Shown: positions 43,245-56,505 of the stretch, in pieces
Numbering within the stretch: the first letter of the stretch is position 1
How the letters are laid out: every line of letters begins with the position of its first letter
Assembly (NCBI GenBank): GCA_030141605.1
Contig: JAQGDQ010000015.1
Location: 806,001 to 870,000, forward strand
DNA length: 64,000 bases
Source: Tubiluchus corallicola
Lineage: Eukaryota; Animalia; Priapulida
Direction: 5' to 3'
The notes under the pieces: model-generated
What the model was told of the DNA's origin: nothing
What the model saw: the letters and a program-made list of their open reading frames with translations, nothing else
Databases searched by the model: none
Translations under genes and position numbers: made by a program

Positions 43245-43546
43245 CCACTCTCTCTCTTTCTTTGTTTCTCTGTCTGTCTCTCCCCTTCTCTCTGTTTTCT
43301 TTCTGTCTCTTCATTCTTCCCTCTTTCTCTTTCTCTGTTTCTTTCCCTCCCCTCTCTTTTTCTCTGCCTCCTTTCCCCTTCTCTGTCCCTTCTATCCTTT
43401 CTGCCCCTTCTATCCTCTCTCCCTCTCTTTCCTATTTCTTTTTCTCTCTATATCTTTTCTCTTTTTCATCTCTTACTCCTTCTCCCCCTTTCTCTCTCTC
43501 CTTTTCTCAATTTTTGTCTCTCCGTCTTTCTCTTTTAGCCTTGTTT

Positions 43547-43642
<96 letters not shown>
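43245..43642. repeat. Polypyrimidine tract ending in pure (TC)n
   Basis: About 400 bp of nearly all C/T; pure TC repeat at 43551-43642. Confidence 0.95.
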
Positions 43643-43645
<3 letters not shown>

Positions 43646-43939
43646 GTGTCTCGTTCTGATCGTTGCCGATTTAGCTTTGCGCTGCGAAATTCACTATTAC
43701 AAGCAACTGTGTATAAGTGTGGACACTGTTAACAGATTATAGATACGCGTTTACAATTGTCATAGAAACCAACTTTTGATTAAAATCTAGTACGCAGTAT
43801 TTATCTCACAATGAGTAAAGGCAAAGTTTTGCATTGCATGAACGAGAACAAAAATTAAAACGAGAAAAACAGCAAGCGAGTAACGAGTTTATTTTAAAAT
43901 CAAGCTATCCATATTTTCAATAAAATCTTGAAATTTCTA

Positions 43940-44182
43940 CAAGTCGCAGTCTCATTCTGCCAGAGTGATGAAAACGTCTGATTGTTTAATGAATAATTAA
44001 TAATTAATTATGAATAATTAATTAATTCTATATTGTTAGAAAAAATATGCTAATCAGTGGTAATTACTCTTGCATGAGTAAACTACCCTTGGAAACACTC
44101 AACTGGTTAATGAGCTACTGTATATGCTGCTATAAGGATAGAATTACGTTTTCATCACTCTGGCAAAATGGCGGTCTTCTTG
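43940..44182. mobile_element. MITE of about 240 bp with terminal inverted repeats and TA flanks
   Basis: CATTCTGCCAGAGTGATGAAAACGT (43953-43977) and ACGTTTTCATCACTCTGGCAAAATG (44146-44170) are 24/25 reverse complements, extending loosely to TA-CAAG...CTTG-TA. Confidence 0.7.
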
Positions 44183-44394
44183 TATAAGCAAAAGGGCCCG
44201 TGGTTCAAATGCATGCTTTGTCATCGCATTTTCACATTTCTATTCATTCAGACAAATTTTGTTTCCAAATCTAATAGTTTTGGCTTCATTGTATTATTAT
44301 TAATAACCTTGAAATTAATATTATGAATAATTCCTTATGCGAATGCCAAGGTTTGGTAAGAGCTAACAAATACAAACTTGCTATCGTCACATTA

Positions 44395-44945
44395 ACCACC
44401 GTCACCATTATGACTATTACTGTAGTCACTTTTCTTACTGTCGTCACCACCACTGTCAGCGTCACTATCATCGCTATTGGTTGCTTTAGAATCATCATCA
44501 TCATCATCATTACTAAAGTACCTTGTCATTATCGTCACCATCATTGTCATTATCATTTTCGTCGTCATCATCAGTCATCATTTTCCTCACGACCTTCGAT
44601 CGTCCTTGTAGCAATAATTCCATGTTTTATTCTGTTTATACTTAGTAATTATGTTTATATCTTTTTCATCAATATCATCATCATTATCAAAATCATTATC
44701 GCCATCATAATCATTGATATCTTCACCCTTTTTATAAGCATCATCATTGTAGTTATCATCAGTATTATAATTATGGTCGTCTTTGCCATCTATATCGAAG
44801 TCGTCACCACAGTCATTGTCATTATTGCCATCACCATTATCACTGTTGTTAGCACGATCATCGATTACTATCGTTGATTGCTCTTCAACTGCACGTTCAT
44901 TGTCATCATCGTCATCATTGTCACGTAATCATCGTCGTCATGGTT
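44395..44945. repeat. Degenerate (ATC/GTC/ATT)n low-complexity region
   Basis: Trinucleotide periodicity visible. Confidence 0.85.
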
Positions 44946-47865
44946 AATTACGTTTATGGTCGTCAAACAGAAAAATTCTTTTTGAACTGTAATGTTGAAA
45001 GTTGAAATTATAGAACAATATATAGCTTTATGCTTAATTATTTCTAGCTAAAGTAACTGCCCCTGTAAAATTTTGTACAAGCAGCACGTTTCTATCTCAT
45101 CCTAATAAACTCTTTCAGGTGCAGCCACTGTTAACGTGTTAACTCTCGGTGGTAACTCTCACAGTTACACAGCACAGCTATTCAGCTCCATCGAAGGACA
45201 GCTAAAGGTGCTGGTCGGCTCTTATGAAACCACAGCTTTTTTGTGTAGCTTTTGCTAATAACCGTACGCAGTTCTTCTCTTGACGACAATAAGCAAAAGC
45301 AGTCATAAAAAATTCTGGCTTAGCCAAACGAAAAACGCCAAACTCGGATAAAGGACGTCTTGTAGTATACGCGCGTTGTAAGAATAACTTGACTCGCTGA
45401 AGTTGCTAATTCCTTTTCAGTTCAACATGGCGGGGGGCAGCGTGCATGCCCACCATAAACAGTTTACGTACTTTTGTCCCCTGATAAATAGTCTCTCAAT
45501 TATAATGGTCTTAGGCGGAATCATGCTATATTCTTCGGTCACCTCGGAATTCGAACTAACAGCTTCACGAGAGCAGTACCTATTGGATGACAGGGGATTT
45601 AAAAGCTCACTTTAATTAACCTGCTAAAATAAAATCTAATATGTTAAGATATTTTGCTTTCGATCATCAAGTATACATGCACCCCTAGCGGCAAACAAGT
45701 GAAGCGAGAAAACGGCGTGTCGGTAACAGCAAAATGTGATAGTTGGTAAATGTGAGGTGCAGATGCGAAGCAGCAATCAATTTGTCTGTTCGGGCAGGTA
45801 AAAAATAATAGGTAGCAAAAATAATAAGCAGGTAAAAATAATTGACGCGTATAAAAATTATAGACTTCGTTCTGCAAGGTTTCGGTTCTAACAAAAGATT
45901 GTCAGAGGCTCTTTGTGTTTTTAGTCAATGCAGCTTACAGTTTTTTATTGCGTACAAGAGCGAAAATTGTTGCAAGTGATTCCAACGATATTTATTATAT
46001 TTTTTTGTATTTTTTTCGCCCTTCCCTGGGAAAACCCAACATGTTCAGGAACTATGGGCATGTTTTGTTCTTATAATCTCTATTATATAATTTACAGAAA
46101 TAAGAAAGGCGATATGGTTTTGAATAAGCATAGCACAAGCATATCACATCAATATTCTGATTCTTTCTGTGTGTTGTTGTTTTGCTTTTCTTAAATTTTA
46201 TGGCATATTGTCTTGCAGAGTATATAAATTTTAAATTGTACGCCTATCGTAGTTAAGTTTAGTTATTTAATGAGTTTATTGTTTCTCTCGATTTTCTTAA
46301 GTTCCTTTATCTTTATTATTTGATAGTCCTAATTCTGGGATGTAGGGCACAACATCTTTTGTAAACAAGCTGTTTCTTTAGCTTAAACTTTCTTGTACAA
46401 ACATTTTAAAATAATAAATATTCAATACTAGTCTCTCATATTGATTGTTTGTATGACTGATTAATACATTTCCAAACATAGAACTTGTAAAACGTCAATA
46501 CACTTTCCACTTCTCACACTATTTCCTCAGTGCGATGTACATTATGAACTTATTTACTGAGACGTTCACGTATCTATTAATTCTTACCTGGCTACCTGGT
46601 AAGGCATGTAATATGAACAGCTAGCATCCTACCGTCTGCCATTGTCAGGTGAGCTAGCAAAGTTAAGAGCTTGTTAGTCTCACACTGGTTTTAGTTAATT
46701 TCCTGCCATTATCGCCAGCAGAAGACACGTAGGAGACACCATCATACACGTCACCGACACGTGCGAATTCTGAGACTCCCCGGCGATCTCATAGCCGCCG
46801 ATTAATAAGATTTGATACAAATTCACAAATGAAAGGTTGGCTTTACAAGAGCAGCATGCAAATAGAAGACTTTGAATCTCATTTCGCTGTGAATACAAAA
46901 TTAATTAGGACAACTGCAAACAATAGTTTTGGTACTAGAATCACACCATTGATTCCGGAAATAATGTATTTCTGAAATCCATCGCTTGGTGGCGTTGCAA
47001 TTTATTACTGCAAATAAGATAACTTCATTTTGCCTGTCCTTGCTCTGGCCTTTTGGTCACCCAATAGGTCACCAGTCACTCAAGGTATCATTTTTCACTG
47101 TGCGTGTGTGGACCCCATCTATACTGATCCAGTTAAATGTTAAATTGCTGGGGCAATTTTTATTAAAAGAAAACGTTAACCTATTAGGCTGTGGTTTAGA
47201 GCTAATTATACCCATCCCCTAGGGCAATTTTCAAGAGGTGTTTTTATGGTTATATAAATGTACTCCTTCAGAATGTGGTTGTTTGCCATTTGGCCATGGA
47301 TGATTTTGGCCGTAATGGACCATAAACTTAGTGTTTTCGTCAAGGAATCCATATTTAAATTTGCATACAAATTTATGGAACTATCTTAAATATATGTACC
47401 TATAATCCTCCGAAATGGGAAAGTCGATTTAGTCAATACTTTTTTAAACATCATGTGTGGTCCTTTTGTGGTCACGGGCTTTTTGTGTCATTGAATCCAT
47501 AAACTGATTCAGTTGCGATGCCCTGTATCACGTTATGTCGTTTTGAGTTTGTTACGCGTTATGATGCAGTCTTTTGCATTGTACTGTATTACATTCAAAT
47601 TTTTTGCAATTTGTTTTGCTTACATTCCTTTGTATTTTAATGTTAACTATACATTCTCAAATCTTTAACAATAATGTTAACAGCACTTTTAATTACTTAC
47701 AATTTTAATTATTTCAAGATTATTAATTAGTTACCTAACAGTAACATGTTCAACGTTGCTGCCCAACTCAACCAAAGAACACCGGCTACAAATAACAGCT
47801 AAAATCGGGCGCATTTGTCTTATTTTTTTAAAAATGTTGAGTCAAGTCAATAAGAAACTAACTAA

Positions 47866-48798
47866 GGCCGCGTTATCACTGCGCCAAGACACGGACTTTC
47901 TCTGTACGACTCACACGGAAAGAACTGAAGCAATAGCGCTCTTTTGTAAATCATTTTACGTGTTTGTCATTTCCACTGCGTCCGCACGGAAAGCCACGTA
48001 CTCACACGGATCCGCACTTTCACTGTCAAACCTTTTTTCTGCGGACGGAAAAGTGCGTTTTCATAATAAAGAAGGATTAATTATACGCGCTGTATATTTT
48101 GGCTTCTCCCTCTATGATATGAGTACAAAAGAAATGCAGTCACAGATGAATGTTGAACATTTAGTTTTTATTATTAATTTTACTTCTTTTTAAGTTTTGG
48201 AAATTTAGCTCGGTTTTGCGATTCCTCGTTCAAGGGATTTTTTAAATTCACGGTAAACAATTACACACGCTATACACTATAATTCTTACAGTATTTTGAC
48301 GTTGTCATGTTCACCTATCGCTATTGCACAATATTGCACGCTGTCAAATTTACATGCCATAGCTGTACAGTTGCAACGATGAACGTTTTATGCAACAATT
48401 ATTTCTCTTTTAACGACAATTCTCTTTCAACAAATCAAAATGAATATACCCAATCTACGTAAATTCCAAAAATACGGAACGTTGCATGTTGCATTTTTAA
48501 TTTAGGTACGTCTTCCTCATCCATTGTTGCGATGTGATTATATTCGCCTAGCTGTTAACTGTTTTCGAGCTCAAAAAACGATGTAATCGCTTGCTGTGTT
48601 GCCTGTTTGCTTTTTCTTCAACCAACATAGGAAAATCAAATTGATGTTTCTTCTAGAAAGCCCAAAATTTCGCCGCATTTATGATATTTTGTGTAGAATG
48701 CTACTAAATGAGTGCGGACCCAATGGAAACAACTCTGCGGACGTAAAACGTACGGACAGAGAAGTCCGTGTTTGTACGGACGCAGTGGAAACCCGGCC
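47866..48798. mobile_element. Non-autonomous DNA transposon (PIF/Harbinger-like MITE, about 930 bp)
   Basis: Left end GGCCGCGTTATCACTGCG...ACACGGACTTTCTCTGT matches the reverse complement of the right end (GGCCGGGTTTCCACTGCG...ACACGGACTTCTCTGT). An internal copy TTCCACTGCGTCCG lies near 47971. Flanks are TAA and TTA (imperfect TWA target). Confidence 0.7.
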
Positions 48799-50761
48799 TT
48801 AAGACTTTCAAACACCCAGCAATCCCATTAAAAGTTTTCTACACGAGTTCTTCAAATGCAGTTCCCACTAGGAGGCGTGGAAACTCGGTGGGAGGGGATG
48901 TGATTGTATTCGTGTCAAATGACGCGACGCCCTTTATACTTCAAAATAATTTCATCACGTAGAGAAGAATAATTATTGAACATTAATTATTGATCAGGGA
49001 CTTTCAAACGACGTTAGACAGACTGCAGCTGCTAGTAGTGTCAAATATTGCTCATCACAACTTCGTTATTGCCGTTAAACCGTTTTTCTGTTCGCTTATT
49101 GTTTTACTCCTTAATCGTGCAAGTGAATTAGGATTTAAATGCGGATTGCTCAGCGAGAGAATAAAAATGATTAAAATGACGCTAAAACCAATTAGTCTGT
49201 CAATTGTTGACCATTGAACATATCGTAGATTATGCGTGTTTGTGCCCGTTAACTTTGTTAAACTTGGCATTGTTTTACCATAATATTGTTCTGTTATTTC
49301 AAATAAAAGTTGATGTGGCATATGAATGGCGTTTTGATATATGAGATATGAGTTTTCCTCTCGACCTTTTCATATTAATGTCGATAAACCAACCTCTGCT
49401 ATGGTTGGACGTCAGTTGAAGTTGATTCAAACATTTCTGAAAAAAACTGAAGGACCTTCAGTTATAACTCATCCACATCTCATTCTTAAAGAGTTATAAC
49501 TCTTTAACCCCAGAACTCATAACTCATTCTTAAAAAAACGCTGGACTTGTCCTTTAATTCAGGAATAGATCTCAGTCATATTGGCAAAAATGCCCAGCTT
49601 ATTTGTTGATTATTGGATTTTCTCTTTTAACATAAGAGTGTTGCGAAAGTACTGGATGATTCCTTGGTGTTGCGAGTTAAAATACAAAACCCGGGTTTAA
49701 TCAGTTTATAATAGAAATATCGAAGTTGTACATTAATTTTAAATTTTAGGATGGACAAAGAAAACACAAATGCTAGTCTCCTAACCTACAACTTTGCAAG
49801 TAAAAACATTTGTTTCCTTATATTATGTAAAAAATTCGCTGCCTCGTTTAAAGAACGTTTGTTTTTGCTAGATTCTTGTATTTGGAAACCTGGCTTTCTT
49901 TTTAATTCTCTGTATGGGAAATACCTAGACTTCTATATACTTCGTCAAAAACGAAGATATTGGACTTGCACTTTAGCGACCGGTCACATGAAGGCGGAGA
50001 AGCGCCGGTTCTTATATAAAAACATGGCTGAAATTTTAACTCTAAAATTTAATTCTAACTCTAAACGTTAATATCATATATAGAACACCATAGACTTTCA
50101 ACTGCATACAGAAAACTCTAGATTTCTTCTATAATTGTTACACAAACTAAAACTATACTTAAGCTTGCCTTAAAGACAGATTTAATAATAAGCTGGATTC
50201 CGGTCTCGCCACAACCATAAGAAGCGTGCTAGATTTTGCCTTGAGCAGTGCAGCATTGTATAAACAAATAACTGTAATTTCACTTTAAACTGCAAATTTA
50301 GAAAACTGTTACTATATTAAAGATTTGTTGGGCAATATTAAAATCAGATACAAGTGTGTTTAGAAAATAAAATCAAGTATCATAAAACTTAAACTTAAAC
50401 TTGAACATTGATGAATGAATTTAAGGCCAATCTTCAATTAAGACAATTCACAGCATGCAAAACTGCAAAACATTAATATTTTAACGGCAGTTACATTCAG
50501 CTGCCAAAATAATGCATGTCTTGCAATGGAATTATACATTCACAACATGCACGAGCTTATGCAAATGCATTCTAATTAAACCTTAATAACATTTAAAGTA
50601 GAAGGGTTTTATTCAGACCGAAGCATTGCGTGATCACAGTTTCCTGATTATACAAGCAGTATCGATTTCTCTGAATTGATTATGTATTGATCACGCGTTT
50701 CGTGTCATTATAGGCCTAATAGACAAAAAAGCCTTGTTTCGTAGTAAATCAAGCGCTTAAA

Positions 50762-50765
<4 letters not shown>

Positions 50766-50829
<64 letters not shown>

Positions 50830-50850
50830 GCACGCACGCACACACACACA
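50766..50850. repeat. Compound (CT)n(CA)n(CACG)n microsatellite
   Basis: Directly visible. Confidence 0.95.
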
Positions 50851-51927
50851 TCAGTTTTGTGTATGATTATGATATTGGGGGAAGAAAATAACAAAATTTC
50901 TTAAAAATTACCACCTCCTGCTGCAAATATTTCTATGTAAATGCCAAATATTTTAGAGTGTTCCGTTAGAATTTTCCAAAATGCAGAAGTTTTAAATCAA
51001 CAAGTCAAAAATATAAATGCCGGAAAATTTGTGTTACACCAGCCGCTTTCTACCAATTTTCAATGCAAACTAGACGAAGACGTTTCTTTATAAAGCATTG
51101 ACAGGGCACTGACAATCATGAAACCAAAAGTAAAGCATTGATTAAGATTTGTTGTCAAGAAAAAATGGGAATTAATCCTCTGGACTACGGTATGTGGAAT
51201 TCCTTTAAAGAGAAAGTGTACGAATAACCGAACAAAGCCGTTTGGTGGCATTAAAGACAAAAAATCTTTAGTGCTGGGACCAAATCTGCACTAAAAAAGC
51301 GAAAAACTGTAGCAGCTATTGGAAGAAACTCCAACGTCTAGTTTGTGTCGAAAATGGTAAACACATGAAGCACTTGTAAATTTTAACAATAGTTACAAAA
51401 ATGTTCCGGAATTTATTTTTTGACTTCTTGATATAAAATTTCTGTATCTTTGGAAAAATCTAAGGAAATGACTTAAAACTTTTGGTGTTTATACGTAAAA
51501 ACAGTAAGTAAGAGCAGCATGGTTATTTTAATCGATTCCGTTATTTACTTCTTATAATATCGTGGTCAATACTCCGCCCGCCACACACACACACGCACGC
51601 TCGCACGCACGCGCGCACACACACACACACACATATATATAATTTAAAGTTTATTTCAGTACATAAAAATGTTATATATATATATATATAATATTTATTA
51701 ATGTATGTGTATGTATGACTAGGAATCATGAGTAGGTGTATGCACAGACATACTTGTATGCCAGTAAAGTTGTTATCGTTATTAACATCCATGTGTTCGT
51801 GCCATTGAAGTTAACAGCTATAACCTTATAAGACATTAAGCTAGCATCACCAGGTTAATGGTGATTATTAATTAATTAGTTTCTCTTTAATGTGGATAAG
51901 TGGCTCTGACTGTTTGCGTACTAAATA

Positions 51928-52000
51928 GTGTGACAGCTGAAATCGCTAGAGCGTGTGATCTGATATCACAAGATTTGAGTTCGAATACCATTTGACTCGC
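51928..52000 (+). pseudogene. Degenerate tRNA-like sequence (SINE head or repeat-borne tRNA relic)
   Basis: A-box-like AGCTGAAATCGCTAGAGCG, stem TGTGA/TCACA and B-box GAGTTCGAATAC; no intact acceptor stem. Confidence 0.35.
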
Positions 52001-52299
52001 AGTATTTCAGAGCTTTCTCCCTTCTAAATTTAACTGTTGATTAATTATTGAGCTTTCTTGCAACAATTACACATGGCTTGCAATTACAATTAATTTCGAA
52101 TCGTTAATGATTTCCACAAATAAACATGAACGGCTGTTCTTTATAACTTCAGAAGTGTTAGTATATCTTTTAAATCATTGACGTAGATTTCCCTCAGCTT
52201 TTGCTGCCATTATTCAAAAAAATTTTTATCTAAACATTTTTGCATCAGTCACCACTTAAGTATCTAATACTTAAGTTTACAATGGAACTAACTAGACAT

Positions 52300-53150
52300 T
52301 AAGAACAGTTGACATGTTAACATTAGTAAACCATAAAACTGACGTAGGAGTAAAAGATAAATTACTAATAAAAACAAGCTTTATGTAAAACATTAAATCA
52401 AAATTCTAAAATGGTTTTAAGGTATTTAAAAACAATACACGAATAAGCATATAATAAGGGTTAAATTAAACTAAAACAGTAACTTAAATACAAGAACATA
52501 TGTGCTTGTCATTATTATAGCAAGCACCAAATGAAAGTTCTTGGAGCTTGAAACTGACTTCAGACCAAATAAGTTGCAAGAATAGATTCGCCAAGCTTAA
52601 CAGTTTTATGCAAGAATGGATCCGCGATGCTTGTTAGTTTTATGCAGCAGTCAGACTTACGCGTTTATGTTGCCGCACAAAAGTTGGTCCGTTTCACAAA
52701 GCCCCACTTCTTCTAAGGACCTTCTTGGCTATGACCAAGTCAAGCGTAAGGAGTACTCGAGCTTAGGCTTAGCGCGATTTAGCTCACAAAAACACAAAGC
52801 TCCACGGACAATGAGCTCTAGGCGAGCTTGCATAACTTACAACTGTTGTATAAGAATACTACATGAACTACGTGCTTAATATACACCCACTGTTAATTAG
52901 TTAATAATTATCCCGTGCCATGGTGGAGCTACGAGAAGTTCTTGGCAAAGATGATCTTTGTACTCACGATTTACTTTAAATCCAAACGTAGCTAAAATCA
53001 ATCTAAACGTATCAAAAACTAGAACTGACCTAGAATTAGATAGTTTTGTTTTAGACAAGTAGATCACCCAGTCCCTTGCAGGGTTTGGAGTTGGCTGGAA
53101 AATAGATTTTGATTCCAGCATCCAATCATTTCAGCACTACCGAGTTATTT
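52300..53150 (-). mobile_element. Possible highly decayed LINE ORF2 remnant
   Basis: Scattered minus-strand fragments (RDWVIYLS, LLVAPPWHG, KLEYSLRL, AWRIYSCNLFGLKSVSSSK) occur in the order expected for an L2/CR1 C-terminus, with many stops and frameshifts. Confidence 0.35.
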
Positions 53151-55868
53151 ACGCAAGAGCAATTTTCTATTTACCAGCTGTTTCTATTAATTTTGACTGT
53201 AATTTGGAGTCTATAATAGCCAATAGACGTTTATTTGTAAATCATCTTAATCTGAAATAGTGATGGAACGAACCAAAATTATTGATAAATTTTATTAAGA
53301 GCGAAAGCGAGGAAATGTGAAAAAAAGTCAAATCAGACTATGTTTTAAAAATTTCTAAAAATTGTTTCAATCCATCATTAATTATCGATAAATTAGAAAT
53401 TAAGACCATAAATACTAATCAACAGTAATTTTTAAGACGCTAAGATTTTAATGCCCCTAGTTTGTTTTACAACGAAACTTTTGTCACATGAGTTCGTTTC
53501 TTTGTGAAAACGACAGGTGGCCACAGTCGCACGTCACTAACATTCTCGCACACTGGTCTCTTGTTGCCGATGCGCCTCCTGGTGGGATAAACGGCACAAC
53601 TGACCGAAGCAAATGACTGGAGTTGGTTATGAACAGGTGTGAAGAGAACAAGCTAATTTCGGCCTCCTACCGGATTTCGATTAATAGGGTCGTTGGTCAG
53701 TGGTCAATGAACAGGAAGATAATATATTATAGGCTAATAGTTTTAACATTGTATAGCCGCACAAAGAGTGTATAAGTGAGATTTTCTGGGTATAGAGAAG
53801 CCGGTAATTTTCTATTCTATTGGTCTCTTAATCTCATCTTAGCGAGGAAAGAAATAACATGTTATTCTTGTACCGTGCACACAGGACTGGGGTTGCCTGG
53901 AGAGGTTGCATGGGGGCCTACAGAAAATTAGATGAGTTAAATGAAAATAAATGAGTTAGTCACTAATGCCGGAAAACAGCTACAGCTTCAGGAATGCAAG
54001 AACGTAGGACGTCAGCTTCAGTCTTCTGGACAATTCTAGTTATTATAAAGTCATTAATTAACAATAAAACGTATTCACAGATGATAAAACACCCTTAACT
54101 ACAGAATTTTGACTAATCACAAATTTTCTGACCACGATTTTAGTTCATACATGCTTCGCGAACTATTTTAAGCGAACTATTACGCTTAATGCAAATAAGA
54201 GAAAAGTTATCTAACTGAAGCTGGAGTTCAAATAAATTCAAATAAATTCAAATAAAACCACAATTCAAATAAAAGAAATTCAATTAATTTTAATTACGAC
54301 ACACTTACAAATTACATCTATTCAACTAAAGTTGCACTAGAAATGGCACAAGTGAGAGAAATTGTAGTTCTAACTTGATGACAAAATTTTGAAACAAGGC
54401 TTGTTCAAGTTAGTAAGCCTAGGAGTGAAGCTAGAATTGCTTTGTTTGTATATGGTTGGCTGTTGGGAAAAGATTTTATGTACTTTTTCAGAAGTGCAAC
54501 TACATAATCTTAGCTACACACATTCTCAATAACAAAATCTTTTAACGTTTCTGGCTAAATGGCGTGTTATCTAGATATGAAACTGGGAGATATGTGCCTC
54601 CTTATGGTGAACTATCGGTCTAATGATAATTGGTAGTCATTTTGTTTACAGGTTAATCAGTGGTCTCATTAGCCTATCAAGATGGTTTTGAGAGACCACT
54701 TTCTGAAATTCTAATAAAATATATGGGCCCACATCTATCCGGGTTACACTGCAAAGTAAAGCTGTTAGTCTAAGAAACGAGGAGTCAACTTACAATCCAC
54801 TGGCGCAAAATTGATTCAATATTAAGAGTTACGCTATGAGGGCGCTTTCCATTGTTAAATACATACAAGCTACGAACTTCATTAAAATTACTAGACCTAG
54901 GCTGTATGTTGGAAAAGAAATGTGAGAGACTTCATGTACGCAGCTACATCTAATAATTATAAAGCAGCTTTAACTGAAGTAGTGTATTAAAAAATTATTG
55001 CGTTCTCTTTACAGTGTACTTAAATGTACTTCTTCTATAGAAATGGGAAGAAAAAGACTACCTCCTGGTGCCAGTCACATCAAAACTTAATCATAAAGTT
55101 ATGTTGTTACTTCAACTACAACAATGGCATTTGCAGCACTTGCCGCCTTCTGTAGATTTTTTGTAACCGTAGCCTTGTACAATTGAAAGAGAAGCAGATA
55201 AACGCCTGTTGATAGCACTGAGAGAGAGAAAGAGAGAGAGAGATTGAATGTATGCAGCACAACGCTGCAATGAGCGTGCCTTTGCGGTTTTACAGATTCA
55301 CTCTATAGAAAATTAGACTGCAAATTAAAGTGAAAATGATGTTGTAGCGCCATCTATTAGCGCGATATTTGGTAATTTAAACTGCATTTTTTGCTGATAC
55401 TTGGTAAGAAATTCTTTATGGTATATATGGGCGTGCTCTCTAACTATATGAACTAAAAGATTTTAATACGACGACGTTTGGGCTGTTATTTGCTTATTGC
55501 TAATAATATTAATTATTTTTATAAATTGGGCAAGTTCATTCAATCTCATCGAAGAAGCTGCCTATTTATAATATCAGAATCCATGATTATAATATTTAAA
55601 ATAGCGTAACTCTTAATGGGTCAAAAAAACATTAAACAGTATCTCATGTCGGGTGTAATGTGAATATGAGCCATTGGGATGCTATATGTATTTAAAAATG
55701 AAAATTTTTGGCTATATTTTTTTAGTTTATTTACTGTAAATATATTCTGTCGTTATTGCTGAATGGTCGGTCGTTGAGCAGATAGATGGGAATCTGTACG
55801 TTTCACTACATCTTTTCGAAGCATAAGAGAGAACATTATCCGCTACAAATTATGTACTCGGTCATCTA

Positions 55869-56327
55869 TACCATACCATACCATACTCTTAAAATATAAG
55901 AGTGGTAGAGGTTAATCGAGCAAGTTCATTCTAACCCCATATTTCGTATCTAAATATATATCCAGCTTGTTCTTGAACTTGTTCACTGAAGAAACTTTAG
56001 CAATTTCAGATGGGAGTTGATTCCACTCTTTAACCACTCTTTTAGTGAAAACATATTTTCTACAATCCAATTTAGCTCTGTATTTAAAAATTTTTAGAGA
56101 ATGCCCCCTGGTTCTGCCATCACTTACCACTTTAAACATTTTTTCTCTTTCAATGCCACCTAACCCATGCATAATTTTATACGTTTCTATCAAATCTCCT
56201 CTACGTCTCCTCAACTCTAAGGTTGTAAGTGAGCATTTTCTAAGCCTCTCTTGATATGACATTTCCTCCATACCTGCAATCATGCTTGTCGCCCCACGCT
56301 GCACACTCTCTAGAAGCTTGATGTCTT
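55869..56327 (-). mobile_element. 5'-truncated CR1-group LINE (ORF2 C-terminus, 3' stem-loop and (TATGG)n tail)
   Basis: Minus frame DIKLLESVQRGAT...SYQERL...LTTLELRRRRGDLIETYKIMHG...RTRGHSLK...FTKRVVKEWNQLP...FKNKLD is typical of the CR1/L2 post-RT domain. It is followed by hairpin ACTCTTA-N5-TAAGAGT (55885-55903) and three TATGG repeats, and flanked by ATCTA at 55864-55868 and 56328-56332 (candidate TSD). Confidence 0.9.
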
Positions 56328-56505
56328 ATCTAAACGTTTACGTTTTTGCTCACCAGGGTGCACAACCAAATTGCACTGTCACAGTGCGCACAAGACGTAA
56401 CACAAGCATCTCCTGAACCCGTGTGAATAAACGTGTAGTGTTATTTTTTTTATTCTTAAAATATTCGTGTGCCATGAAGGAGTCTGGGAGCTCAAGTAAT
56501 TCATT

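Noticed and set aside
44323-44877. 184-aa hydrophobic, membrane-protein-like ORF
   Set aside because: Degenerate ATC/GTC microsatellite that lacks stops in this frame.
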